DNA of 64,000 nucleotides from Phoronis australis (taxonomy: Eukaryota > Animalia > Phoronida), in NCBI GenBank assembly GCA_002633005.1, contig NMRA01000012.1, forward strand, positions 1,010,564-1,074,563, given 5' to 3'. The notes below the pieces were generated by a model. The model had not been told where the DNA came from. It searched no databases and saw only the letters and a list, made by a program, of their open reading frames with translations. Numbering within the stretch: position 1 is the first letter of the stretch; every line of letters begins with the position of its first letter. The position numbers were made by a program, and so were the translations under genes. Positions 40,001 through 64,000 of this stretch are shown in pieces.

Positions 40001-43000
40001 TGGCCACCGTTGCCTCACACCCATATGGATGCAGGGGCGGATCCAGGATTTTGAGTTGGGGGGCCACGGCACAGTATTAGCCAGGATATTACCCGTCAAG
40101 CATGCGCATCCCCGAACTTCCAAATGGAATCTTGGAGAATTTTAGGGGGCATGCCCCTCTTGCCCTTCCCCCTAAATCCGCCACTTGGATGAGCTAACCC
40201 TACCATGACATCTCATTAATTACTACAGAACGCAATGATTTCACCCTTGGAAAGCGCCATCGCTCCTGGACCGACAACATCGCATTACCGCACGCCTTGT
40301 TATCATTTTTAAAGAGCAAGTAGACTCGCGTCAGTGACAAAAACAAGTTTTGGCTTAGGTAACCAACTGTTAACAAATCGGCCTCATCCTTTTCCTTACT
40401 CAGATTATGAATAATTTTTAGGCTTGAGATGTCATTATTGCTTCAAACCACGCCCATTAAGGTGCTTGTCGCGGCGGATTAATTTCAGTCGCGAATGCAG
40501 TATCGCTGTCCGACGGATCCCAAAGGATATGATCGCTAACGTTGCTTTGAAAGTGCAAATGCGCCAGTCAAGGTGTTTTTTAAAATCGGATCATGATTTA
40601 TAGCGGCGGTGTGGAGATCGGGGCGAGTTCGGCCCTTAGGACAAATTACTCCGCCTTATACTTCATGCGCGCACCCNNNNNNNNNNNNNNNNNNNNNNNN
40701 NNNNNNNNNNNNNNNNNNNNNNNNNNNNNNNNNNNACTCGCGTCAGTGACAAAAACAAGTTTTGGCTTAGGTAACCAACTGTTAAAAAATCGGCCTCATC
40801 CTTTTCCTTACTCAGATTATGAATAATTTTTAGGCTTGAGATGTCATTATTGCTTCAAACCACGCCCATTAATGTGCTTGTCGCGACGGGTTAATTTCAG
40901 ACGCAAATGCAGTATCGCTGTCAGGCGGATCCCAAAAGATATGATCGCTAACGTTGCTTTGAAAGTGTAAATGCGCCAGTCAAGGTGTTTTTTTAAAATC
41001 GGATCATGATTTATAGCGGCGGTGTGGAGATCGGGCGAGTTCGGCCTTTATGACTAATTACTCCGCCTTATACTTCATGCGCGCACCCAGGGGGACTGCT
41101 CGGGGGCTCGTTTGAGCCCCCCCCCCATTTGGCGAAGGGGGCAAAAAGGTCCGCCTCTGAGAAAATGAGACAAAAGTCCACTAAACAAGCAGAAACACGC
41201 AATTTACAGTGGTGCCCCCGTTTTTTTTTAGTCCGCCCGCACCAAAAGGTCCACAACGCCAGGAATTCGAGCCCCCCGCATTGAAGGGTGGGTGCGCATG
41301 TACTTTAATTTGCAATTGCAGAGAATTCATCAATTACGTACCCCCAAAAAGTCTCCCAGGAAATTCTAAACTTTCTAGTATTCAAAAGTGAAGCTGAAAG
41401 ACTTTTCAGGAATTGCTATTTTATCGAAAATGAGACCAAACTAGACCCGGTACTCTTGACATCATGCAGCAATAACAATTATCCAGTGGGTATGTTTCTC
41501 AGACTCTACTACATACGTCTCATCTCCGTCCATTACACGTCGTAGCTAGATTTGGGGTCAATGGTGTTCGGGCTCTATACAGACACGAATAACAGAGAAA
41601 GCACCGCCATCTTGCTGATGGGTACAAACTGTGACCCCCCTGCTTTATTCTAGATCCGTCAGTGTACTTATCGTTTGTTCTAGTGTGTTGTATATATCAA
41701 AATTAGATTAACAGGGCGAACAAAGTTTATTTAAAATCTATCCCCACAAATATATTTTTGAGCCAACTTCAACATAGTGGTAATTTCATTATGTATTCAC
41801 AAAGGGAGGAATCTATGTGCTGACAATGCTGGACACATTCGCTGCTGGTACCTCGCTTTTGTTCGCCGTCTTCATTGAAGCCGTTGGTGTAGCGTGGCTG
41901 TATGGTAAGGAATTTTTTTTTTGTTTTGTTTTTTTTTTACTTTTCCCCCGTTGTTTGTAAAGGTTAATCACGTCGCATTCATTCATAAAAACATCATTAT
42001 TTGCTGGTTTAGTTTGACGTCATAAGGTTGTGGACTCAGTCAGGTAAAATTAAAATGCCGTAATTAAAAACAATGATAATAATTAGGCCAGATTCGTGAC
42101 CTTTGTAAGTTACTAAGCACTTCAAAAATTATGTCCTGGCTATGGACCCGGTCAATCCCAATCCTTCTGAATACTCTGGGAGCATACAATGGGTGCAACC
42201 GTTGTCCGACAACATCGATTAATCCAAACACGTAATTCTGTAAAAAAAAAACAAGTACTAGTTTGCCCCCCCCCCGTGGTTTTCGGAAAAATCCAAGTCC
42301 GGCAAAATGTAATTGAATGTGCATTTCTGTTCCAACTTGTAGGTCCAAATCGCGTCATAATAGTGGCATATAGGTCTTCCGAATATTTTCCGCTTGTGAC
42401 GATGAGCGCGAGCACTCTGCAGGATCATTTGATTTTCAGTGTTTACCTCTCACTTCAAATTAAAACTGATCTTGGAAAGCTGGGAAATGTTCTTGCCAAT
42501 GCTCTTACAATTTTCTAAAGGAAGAAGTTCACGCAGTTTTTAATAAATTTCTCGGGTTTCGGCTTACGGGTGTCCAATGTCCTCGCTTTGGGGAACATTA
42601 CCATATTCAATAGGCCGACTCAACTACTTCTATCCCGAGGACACTCGACCCAATTCTAAACAGTATGAGTCGAAGATTTGCGCGATTTTTCCCGGTAGAC
42701 ACTAATAAAACATTGACACTAATAAAACTTTTGGCAAAAACATATTCTGGTGTACGGCGTCTGCCCGAGACAATAGCGAGAAAACCTAGTTTCCTCGTAA
42801 CGCACGGCGATATCTCGCGAGGACTTACGCAACTGAAATCTGTCCATGCACTCTGATTTTTGGTATACGACTTTTGGACCACTGTCTACACTTTTATTTT
42901 CACATACCACTCCGCATACGACTTTTTAGCTCGACAGGTCGAGTTGGATCTCGATCCTTTCCACACACTCCGATTAGTCTTAAACGACTCTTGTACAAAT

Positions 43001-44985
43001 GTAAACATCTTTGGAACTGTAGCATAGAACTTCAGCTCTGGAATGCCAACTCCGATCTCACGGCCTCGTGAGAATTGACCTATCGCCAGCCTCCCGTTCA
43101 GTAACGCTCAGGATCTCGTTAAAAAGTAAGACTTCATGACGATGCGCGAGACATTGCCGTGTATTTTAAACGAGAACACGTGTCTTTGGCTAGATTTCAA
43201 ATAGGTCCTACCGTTACTGAACGCAGGCCAGGACTTTGAGTGACAGCTTAAGTGACTAATGAGAACACAGCATTCTTGACACACTTTCGTTTCCAAGTCG
43301 CCATTTTACCCGACAAACAACACGTTGTCGGGTAAAACCAATGAGATAAATAGCACCTCAAGAGTCTCGCTTAATGAACAACAAGAACAAAATGAAAATG
43401 AAGCAGTGAAACTAAGCTTGATTTGATAACTGGAACTCTCGGTCAAACATCAGTAGAGAAAGCATCCGGAAATTCTCAGTGCAAACTCTCGCGACAAGTC
43501 TCGGGGTCGCAAGCTCTAATAATAATAATTGAATACATAGGTCACGTGCGGGAATTGACATCCCTGGTCTAGAGTTGTATGGGCTATAGTATACTCGATC
43601 AGTGAGAGACTGCCCGGGATAGTGATAGCTTATTCACTGATTGAAGTACTCAAACACGAGATGTCCCGTTTTCTTGAAGGGCTCAACCAATTCAATGAGG
43701 ACGCACGTCAAATGCTCGGATTTACGCCAGGGATATTCTGGAGAGTCTGCTGGAAGTTCATCAGCCCGTTCTTTGTACTGGTAAATGAACTCGTCACTTA
43801 GACTTAGGTTCCATATCACACGAATTGCCATTTAGAGTAATGTTTCCCAAACGAGTAAAAAAAGGATCGTTAATAATGAGTTTAGCGGGTTTGTTAAGTT
43901 CAGTTTTCAGGAAATTTCTTATCCATGAACGATGGGTTTGAGATTTTTTCCACAAAAAATGCCCTTGCGATACAGAGACTACGGGCCTAGATTGCTTCCA
44001 AAGGGGTTGTTGCTAATAATTGTTTGGATAGCCACTGTACACTGCTGTTTAGAGTACAGAACGCAAGAGGACATGTAATTAAAATACTCAACGGTCTGAT
44101 CGAGTTTTTGTTGTCGAAATTTCCACCATATCCTCTTCAAAGGACTGTTTAAAACTAGAGCACTTCAGATGGCTTGTAAGACTGATTACCATTTCCCTAT
44201 GAAATGATAAAAGACATTTCGGAAGTTTGCGTTGATCATTTTTTGATAATTTTCCTGAATATTCATGTTTTGCAAACTGAAATTCGACACGTTCCCGGCA
44301 CAGCTGTTACTCGACACATACTCCCTTCGAAACTATTTTAATTCAACTTCTCGGTTGCCTTTGTAGGCTATCATCACCATTAGTGCCATCACCTATCTAC
44401 CTCTTACATATCAAGGCTACATCTATCCCGACTGGGCTAATGTTCTGGGATGGCTTATAGCGGGCTCCTCGATGGTATTGCTCCCTCTCGTGGCCATTTT
44501 CAAGCTCATCACGGCTAAAGGAAAGAACTTTTCGCAGGTAATGCAGCAGTATTGTCCGATATGGGGAAATGTACAACGTCACACCTCAGGAAACCCAGCT
44601 TGGTAGCTCAGTTTACGCTCATGAATGTGCAAACAAGGACAAAATCAATATTATACTAACATTATAGATATGGTTTGCTTTCGTAAAAAAGAAAACGTGA
44701 TTTGTTTAGCGCCCAGGATCCCGTTTCCTTTTGAATTACAGTAAACCCTTCAATTTCACAAGTGCGGTGTTTAAAGACCGACATTTTGATTGTTTAACCT
44801 CTGGTGCCCTCTACAAGAAACATTCGGTTGGCGTTTTGCTACTCCATAAGCTCCAAAAAATCTATTTGAAATATTATTTGTTTCAGAAACTGGCAGTGTG
44901 TATATCTCCAGAATGGGAACATGAGAGCATACTGAAAGGTGAAGAGGTTGAAAGATTTAAACTCAGACATTGGACAGCTATATGA
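28040..44985 (+). CDS. SLC6 sodium/chloride-dependent monoamine transporter (octopamine/noradrenaline/dopamine transporter clade), 658 aa
   Basis: Exons 28040-28421, 32158-32289, 34359-34593, 35457-35595, 35779-35913, 37370-37473, 38499-38623, 39208-39320, 39806-39946, 41805-41904, 43680-43780, 44367-44537, 44887-44985; total 1977 nt, phase-consistent. Motifs: [37 protein letters not shown] (TM1 Asp of monoamine transporters; DLAN not SERT-type DLGN), [63 protein letters not shown]-terminus [10 protein letters not shown] (NET-like). Confidence 0.96.
29126..29279. mobile_element. GC-rich MITE (CATGGGCGGCGC..GCGCCGCCCATG family)
   Basis: Near-copy of 37879-38025 with internal duplication GCACTGAAAAAAGTGGG.GGCTAAAGCC. 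Confidence 0.7.
36619..37032. mobile_element. TA-flanked foldback MITE with about 160-bp TIRs
   Basis: TA|CCTAAACTACACGGTTAACGGACTC ... GAGTCCGTTAACCGTGTAGTTTAGG|TA; arms 36619-36778 and 36874-37032 built from ACGGACTCAC subrepeats. Confidence 0.9.
37879..38025. mobile_element. GC-rich MITE, second copy of the 29126-29279 family
   Basis: TIRs CATGGGCGGCGCA / TGCGCTGCCCATG. Confidence 0.75.
38219..38462. repeat. About 140-bp imperfect tandem duplication upstream of a transporter exon
   Basis: ATCACACAAGTCTTC.CGAGA..CGC.ATGCAT..CACGTGGT.ACAGT..TTTACTCGC.AGTGTCTT occurs twice. Confidence 0.75.
40032..40186. mobile_element. GC-rich MITE with 5-bp TSD
   Basis: CAGGGGCGGATCCAGG ... CCTAAATCCGCCACTT flanked by GGATG on both sides. 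Confidence 0.65.
40324..41087. repeat. About 350-bp near-identical direct duplication flanking an N-gap (40324-40676 vs 40736-41087)
   Basis: Both copies start ACTCGCGTCAGTGACAAAAAC and end CATGCGCGCACCC; gap 40677-40735. Confidence 0.9.
41076..41300. mobile_element. GC-rich MITE with 5-bp TSD (TACTT)
   Basis: TACTT|CATGCGCGCACCCAG ... GGGTGGGTGCGCATG|TACTT. Confidence 0.8.
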
Positions 44986-47216
44986 GTTTGATCGGAGAAA
45001 ATGAGGTTAAGACACTACCACGTCGCTATTAAAAAATTCCGCGATGGGAACATCGCGAAACATTTCCATTGTCCCTGGGTTGGAAGCGGGCAATTATTTA
45101 CTTACTAAGAGTGTGCCAACAAGAAACTCAAAGTCACGGCTATGAACCCGCTTTTGGCTGTCAAAAATACATTTCGATTTAGATCGGTTTTCGCTACCAA
45201 CTTGATCTCAACTCTGATAGCAATTGAAACAATACTCGGCGCATAATGTGACACGCCCGACATTTCACCCAGGGTCTGAGCTAGACTGTCTTCATAGGGA
45301 TACCCTTAATGGGGACAACTACTTGTGACGGGCATCGTGCGAAGACAACTTTGCTCCTTCAAAGTTAAAACACTGACTTCAGGTAATGACAACCTCTAGG
45401 TGGTAGCTGTCTGCAGCATTTACACTTTTATATGTGATACCTATACTTAAAAACTACAGTTCATTTCGCGTAAACCATGAACTATGGTGTTTTAATTGAT
45501 AAAATAGACCCACGTTTGCCAAAATTATGACCCTGTTCCTGTGTTTTAAGATCAGGACATTTGCCTTAGGCATGAGAGCACTAAATTTAAATGAGGCAGA
45601 TTGAGTTGAATAGCAAATTAATAAGTTCTGCGTTTAGGTAAAAAAGTGTGCACAACTTCCACTCGGGCACAACTTGACCACTCCAATGAGATGGGATTAT
45701 AAACCTGACGGAATTACAAATCAGCTTATATCGAGTCTAGTCTCCAGCACTAACTATCTGTCAGCCCAGGAATCGTCTCCAACACGAATATTTCAGGAAC
45801 AGGTCAAGACCAGATTGATAGCGATACGTGTGCTAAATCAAAAGTTTGAACGCGTTTTCATAGCCGCTATAGCCATATTGTTTCCTACAAGTAAAATGAA
45901 GAGCTCATAAATTGAATGCCCAGTTTAGGCTTCTAGCAGCAACAACGGCATGTCTGTCCTCATGTTTAGATATCAATTCTAATTAGAGGCCATTTTACGG
46001 AGGTTGAATTTTCGACATCGAGAATCGCAAAGATGGGTACATGTCTGTTTTAAAACTTCTTGAAATCCCACAAAACTTGCCCATTTCGCAAAAAAGGGAA
46101 AAGAGGGACAACTGGTTCCACCACTGGGGCCCCTTCTTTGTGCATCCTCTCAAGAAAAAGGATATGAGACTAAAATAGCAGAGTTGGTTCTGGTCCTTAC
46201 CACGACTCATTTCGAGGCCTGTGCTCAACGGCGTATCAATTTCAGCCAAGGTCTCGTGTACTTTTGAAAGGCTACACAAAGGGACATGAGCAAGGGTAAG
46301 CAAAGTTTGAAATGCCACGATTTGTCAAACGATGAGTAAAAAATCCAGCATCATTTTTGTCGTCTAAGGCGTATCTTCTTTTTTGAAGTGGGCAATTCAA
46401 TGAAATAGCGCATCACGTCTCGATTTTGAAAAAGACCACGGATTAGAACGAACGGTGCTGCTTTGGCAAAATAGACCAGGAAAACAGAGTCGTGCTTGCC
46501 ACCCGCGATCCCCTTCCAAAAGCTGGGATTTATATAAAAAATATACTATTCAAAACGGGGAAAAAGAGAGCGACATACGACTCCATACTCCCTTGCCAGA
46601 GTGGGATCTCTGTAAAAATGACACACCTTTGCATTCCCAAAAAATTTACTTCTGAATCTGTTTGATCTGGAAAATCTGTGTATATCAAACTTTTCAAGGA
46701 CTAAGCGTTTTCAAGTGAGTGCAAACGAAACACGCTACATTTGAAAAAAACTGGTCACCCAAACAAAAATACTCCGGCTCTGGCGTAGAGACCTCTTAAA
46801 TGATCGTGTGATAGGCGAACAAAGAAAAAATAAACCATTATAATTTATTAGTAAATATACGAAATGGCAATTGAAGATGGCAGGAAACCACTTACCTTGG
46901 CTTACAATGCGTTAACTAATTCAACAATAAATTATCGTCCTCCACATATATTCTAAGAACTAAATTATAAATGAGTGAAAGTTAAGTAAAACTTTCCTTG
47001 TGTAATCCTGGGAAGTATACTTAGTCTCTTGTGTGTATTATGATTGTTGTATTTGTTATGATTTCACTTATTTCTATTTCTACTATATATTGTATATGTT
47101 GCCGATTTAATAAACCCGGTTTATAAAAAATATAATAAATTAAGTTCAAACCAATAGAAAAATACACCAACTTATTACACTCGGCAGAGGCCGCTCTCTT
47201 TCTCACAAGCGCGCGC

Positions 47217-47723
47217 TGCATTCCGCTCTGTTCAGCTGGTTAAAAAAAAGGAAATCGGAAATCCCTTTTGCTATCATAAAATTCCTCACCGTAATATCAT
47301 AGTATTTCTGTTACCAACAACGACATTGAAACCACCAGTGTCTCAAAAAGACGTTGGCGTTGTTTAATCCTAAAATTGTGCATTCTAATTGGAAAATAGC
47401 GTATTGGCTTGAGTTGCCGGCTCATTCGGCAACAAGTCGGAAAAATGTGGCAATGTTTTTAAACATCAAAGCACTTCGGTTAAAGCTACATTTCGCCCCA
47501 TTAAGCTGGCCAATAGGATTCTCAAGTCACAGGCAATGCGTTTATGCGCCATTTTCGAATCTTGAGTCGCTGGTGATATCGATGTTCTTGTTGCCGAGTT
47601 ACACTTACGGTAAAAAATATTATGAGACCGATTTTGTTAAAATCGCTTTCCGTTTTTAGTCTGGTAAACAGGACGAAATGTAGCTTTACGAATTCAACGC
47701 GACAGCTGAACAGCGGTGTAATG
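47217..47723. mobile_element. MITE with CATT.CGCTCTGTTCAGCTG termini
   Basis: CATTCCGCTCTGTTCAGCTG ... CAGCTGAACAGCGGTGTAATG; related ends at 56891-57082. Confidence 0.55.
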
Positions 47724-47731
47724 TCCTTTTA

Positions 47732-47807
47732 CATGCGCGCACCCAGGGGGCTCGAACGAGCCGCNGGGAATTCGAGCCCCCCATATTGAAGGCTGGGTGC
47801 GCGCATG
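47732..47807. mobile_element. Minimal 76-bp member of the 41076-41300 MITE family
   Basis: TTTTA|CATGCGCGCACCCAG ... CTGGGTGCGCGCATG|TTTTA; perfect 15-bp TIR and 5-bp TSD. Confidence 0.8.
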
Positions 47808-48527
47808 TTTTAACTTATCCCAATGTGTTCTCAGTACAAGAACGTAAGTTCCAAGAATAAGCTTGCGTTCGTCACGGATATTTGCCCAAATTAAAGACGG
47901 AAATCACGGTGTAACTACTAATCACCGGAAATCGATGACATTCAACATCATAAGAGACTTATGAGTGACGCAGTTGGAGTAGAAGTCGTGTTTTTACGGT
48001 TAATTTCACCAAGTAAACACAATGCACCTCCACAGGTTCTACAGTCCAATTTAATTGATAATGGCCTTCGCTTATTCAAATGAACGACAGAAAATGTACA
48101 TCAGTCGAAAAATGTCGCCTATCTATTATCCAATTGCAAACTGAAGGAGGAATAATCGAATCCCAATTGATCATTCTGTACTTTTCACGCGCTCACAGTA
48201 CCGTGGAAGCGAAAGACAGAAAATGTGAGTTACCATTGTGCAAAACGTACACTTTGTCGTCCCATGCTTGTAGGTGTAATATATGGAAATAAGTCATTCA
48301 ATATGAATTACAAACAAATACCCTGCGGTGGTAAAATGTCACCGGCTTTACATACAGATCACTATGATGAAAATGTTATCAGCGCATCACCACTAATCCT
48401 ACTATTCAGAGGACCGTGCAAAAGATTAGATGCCTGTGTGGCGGAGTCTGCCGTTCGTTCACAAGATTTCTGTTAGAGCGCCTGGTATCATTCATGTGCC
48501 CCTTGCTCATTTCGAATGGTCCAAATG

Positions 48528-48845
48528 TTAAGGTTACGTAGGACCCTAGAAGAATGTCCAAATGTGACTAATTTCGTAACTTCATATATCAGAAACGGCT
48601 GATTGGATTCGTATGATACTAAAAAGATGCGTTCCACTTTTGCATGAAGGGTATCAAAAATATGACATTATGATTTTGACCAAAAATATCACAAGTTTCA
48701 GAAAATGAAAACTAAATGATAATTTAGAAAACTGCAAAAACGGTTTGAGATTTCATCTTAATCACTTATATCAAATTTGGTCATGTTATTGATCCCTTTT
48801 TGCTATGAATGTACCTTTCTTGTTCCCTAAACAATGGTTTTCATT
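48528..48845 (+). mobile_element. End of a TTAA-AGG type DNA transposon; related inverted copy at about 58880-59252
   Basis: TTAAGGTTACGTAGGACCCTAGAAGAATGTCCAAAT matches the reverse complement of TTGGACATTTTTCAAGGGTCCTACATAACCTTAA (59219-59252); both share GTTCCACTTTTGCATGA. Confidence 0.65.
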
Positions 48846-50071
48846 CAGGACACTGCATGGAGCTTCAACAAGGAAAAAACGTTGTAAAGCCCCAAGACGC
48901 TAAAATAGTTGCCTGTCTAGATATTAGATCCCACAGCACAATAACAGCTTTAATGATACTTCAGTTATCATATTACGACAAACTGGTTATGTTAATGAAT
49001 AACCCAAGCATTCAGTGTATAAAAAACACCAGATTCAACCGCCATCTATCAGAACGTTATGCAAACTCCGCATTATGGTTTGGACAATGTTTACCCGTCC
49101 CATTTGCGAGACCGAACAATATGACTGGAACACTATTGAGAACGGTGCGTTAATGAGGTTGCAGCCATAATCGTGATTCCGGCTTCACAGTATTCCCTAT
49201 ATCAGACCAACTGTACCTTATTTTAACGATGCTATGTCTAATTAAAACCGTGAATATTTAAATTTGTAGCAAGCGCCACCTTATGACTTCCTGGAGAACT
49301 GTGCATACAACTATAATCAGGAAAAGAAACAATTTGTAATTGCGGTTTTAAAGAAAACACCACAACTGATAACCCTTAAAAACAAGTGTAAAGGTATATA
49401 AAACCCTAGTAATTCCAAATATTGATAGTGAAATGAACAAATAATAAAACTGTGCCTTGTTTCATTAGGGTAACATGACATATTACCATACTCATTTACA
49501 TAAAAATAGTCTCGCAAAACGAGGCTTTTGTGAGATTGTAATGCTATCTGGTTCTCGGATGGTTTCCGGCACACCGGAAGTACCGAGGTTGTTTGTAAAC
49601 TAGCACTTCATTTACATATTCACAACTTAATGAGACATAGCATCATTAACTGAATACTTATTTAAAACGATGACTTTCCAAAGCAGTCTGTCTTCAACTT
49701 ACGACCAAAATAATTTTTAATGCTTTATTCTGAAATTATAAACATAGCTGGCATACAAATAGTCCAATAGCATCTCACAAAAAATATAAATAGGGATGGA
49801 TAAACAAATTAATTCATATCGAATCCAATAGGAAATTTAACCCAACATGTAGGACATGGGACAAATCACTGTAAGGCGAAACTGGTGAGCTGAAAGTAAT
49901 ATCAAATTATCCATTAGTAACTATCTTTACAGTATTCGCCCTGAATTATAGCCATGGTTACAGCCAGTAAATTAAAAGCAAAAATAGTGTCAGAGGCTCT
50001 CCATTGTAATGGTTAGGTTCGCACGTTATGATAAAATAGGTAGGGTGTTCCCTGACTTTTGCATCTTATGC

Positions 50072-50222
50072 CCATGGTTTTGGCCAATTTTGATATCTAA
50101 ATGGACATGGTTTTTGGTCGATTTTGGTATCTAAACGGTACCGTTTTGGCCAAGTTTGGTACTTAAAATGGGTAACAGTCAATTTTGTATCGAAATAAGT
50201 CTGGTTTGGTTGATTTTGACAA
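50072..50222. repeat. About 35-bp degenerate tandem repeat
   Basis: Recurring GGTTTTGG(C/T)CAATTTTG(G/A)TATCTAAA. Confidence 0.65.
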
Positions 50223-50858
50223 AGGAATGGGACTACACTTGTTACTACCACCAGAGTTGTTTTTCATTTTTTCGAGAGCTTCCTCAGTGCTCTGTAACGA
50301 GTCCTAACTGAAAACTGTAGTGATGACATCATTCCAACTCACTTTCAGTCACAGTATTGAACTGGGTCACTTTCTGAGTCCGTTATTGATGTAGAAGACT
50401 TTTTTCACGATTTCTAATGTTCAAATTGGCCTACTTTTTCCTGTACCCGTTATGTTTTTAGGAAACCCCCCAGTTCAATGTAGGAGACACATGCTTTACC
50501 AGAGGGACACATGTAGCTTGAGATTTCTAGATCTTAAAGTAAGAACCTTGAATAAAAGCTTGGAAACACCTTAGCATATGTAAGTTGGGTCAGTAACAAG
50601 ATAACAAAGATAAAACTGGCATCAACTTTCAAAATTGTATTCGTAAAAATACTAAAACACCAGTGTAACTTTCTTCTGCAGTTATTTTATTGAATAATAA
50701 TCGCATTTCAAAACTTCTGAAAAACATTTGGAGCAGATTTTATCCTAAAACAGTCTGCAGTGGAGTGCCCCAATGCCTGTCCATTGCCACACTCTCCTCT
50801 AGTCATGATCCAAGATCTGTGCCTGCTAAAATTTGCACTCCTATGAAGAAGACAAAAG

Positions 50859-63999
<13,141 letters not shown>

Positions 64000-64000
64000 T

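Noticed and set aside
28040-44985. Calling the transporter SERT or assigning SLC6A2/SLC6A3 as symbol
   Set aside because: DLAN and MGG motifs argue against SERT; orthology among OAT/NET/DAT needs a tree, so no symbol is given.
45000-50800. Short ORFs between the convergent transporter and NSUN2 3' ends
   Set aside because: No recognisable domains or spliceable chain; region is UTR plus repeat fragments.

Overview
Eukaryotic (bilaterian invertebrate-type) genomic window, AT-rich, with three N-gaps. Most ORFs in the supplied track are spurious; real genes are spliced. I reconstructed three intron-containing genes by hand from GT-AG sites and reading-frame phase. (1) A 5'-truncated + strand signalling scaffold (exons 3387-20155): probable C-terminal end of a PX domain, four SH3 domains (first pair Tks4/Tks5/p47phox-like, followed by APPPRRLS), a tyrosine-motif-rich linker and a C-terminal Nck-like SH2 domain. 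This architecture is the most unusual thing in the window. (2) A complete 13-coding-exon + strand SLC6 monoamine transporter (28040-44985, 658 aa), closest by motifs to the octopamine/noradrenaline (OAT/NET) clade. (3) A 5'-truncated - strand NSUN2 RNA m5C methyltransferase (63945-50859) with a C-terminal tail packed with SUMO consensus motifs. Introns and intergenic DNA hold many non-autonomous transposons and minisatellites. These include a TTAA-flanked THAP/Kolobok-like element built from two inverted 5' ends and nested in a MITE, a Helentron-like element carrying about 8 co-oriented CTCF-like motifs between genes 1 and 2, and a minisatellite made of an amplified splice donor. Two near-identical duplications flank assembly gaps and are probably uncollapsed haplotypes. 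All family assignments come from motif recognition, not database searches.
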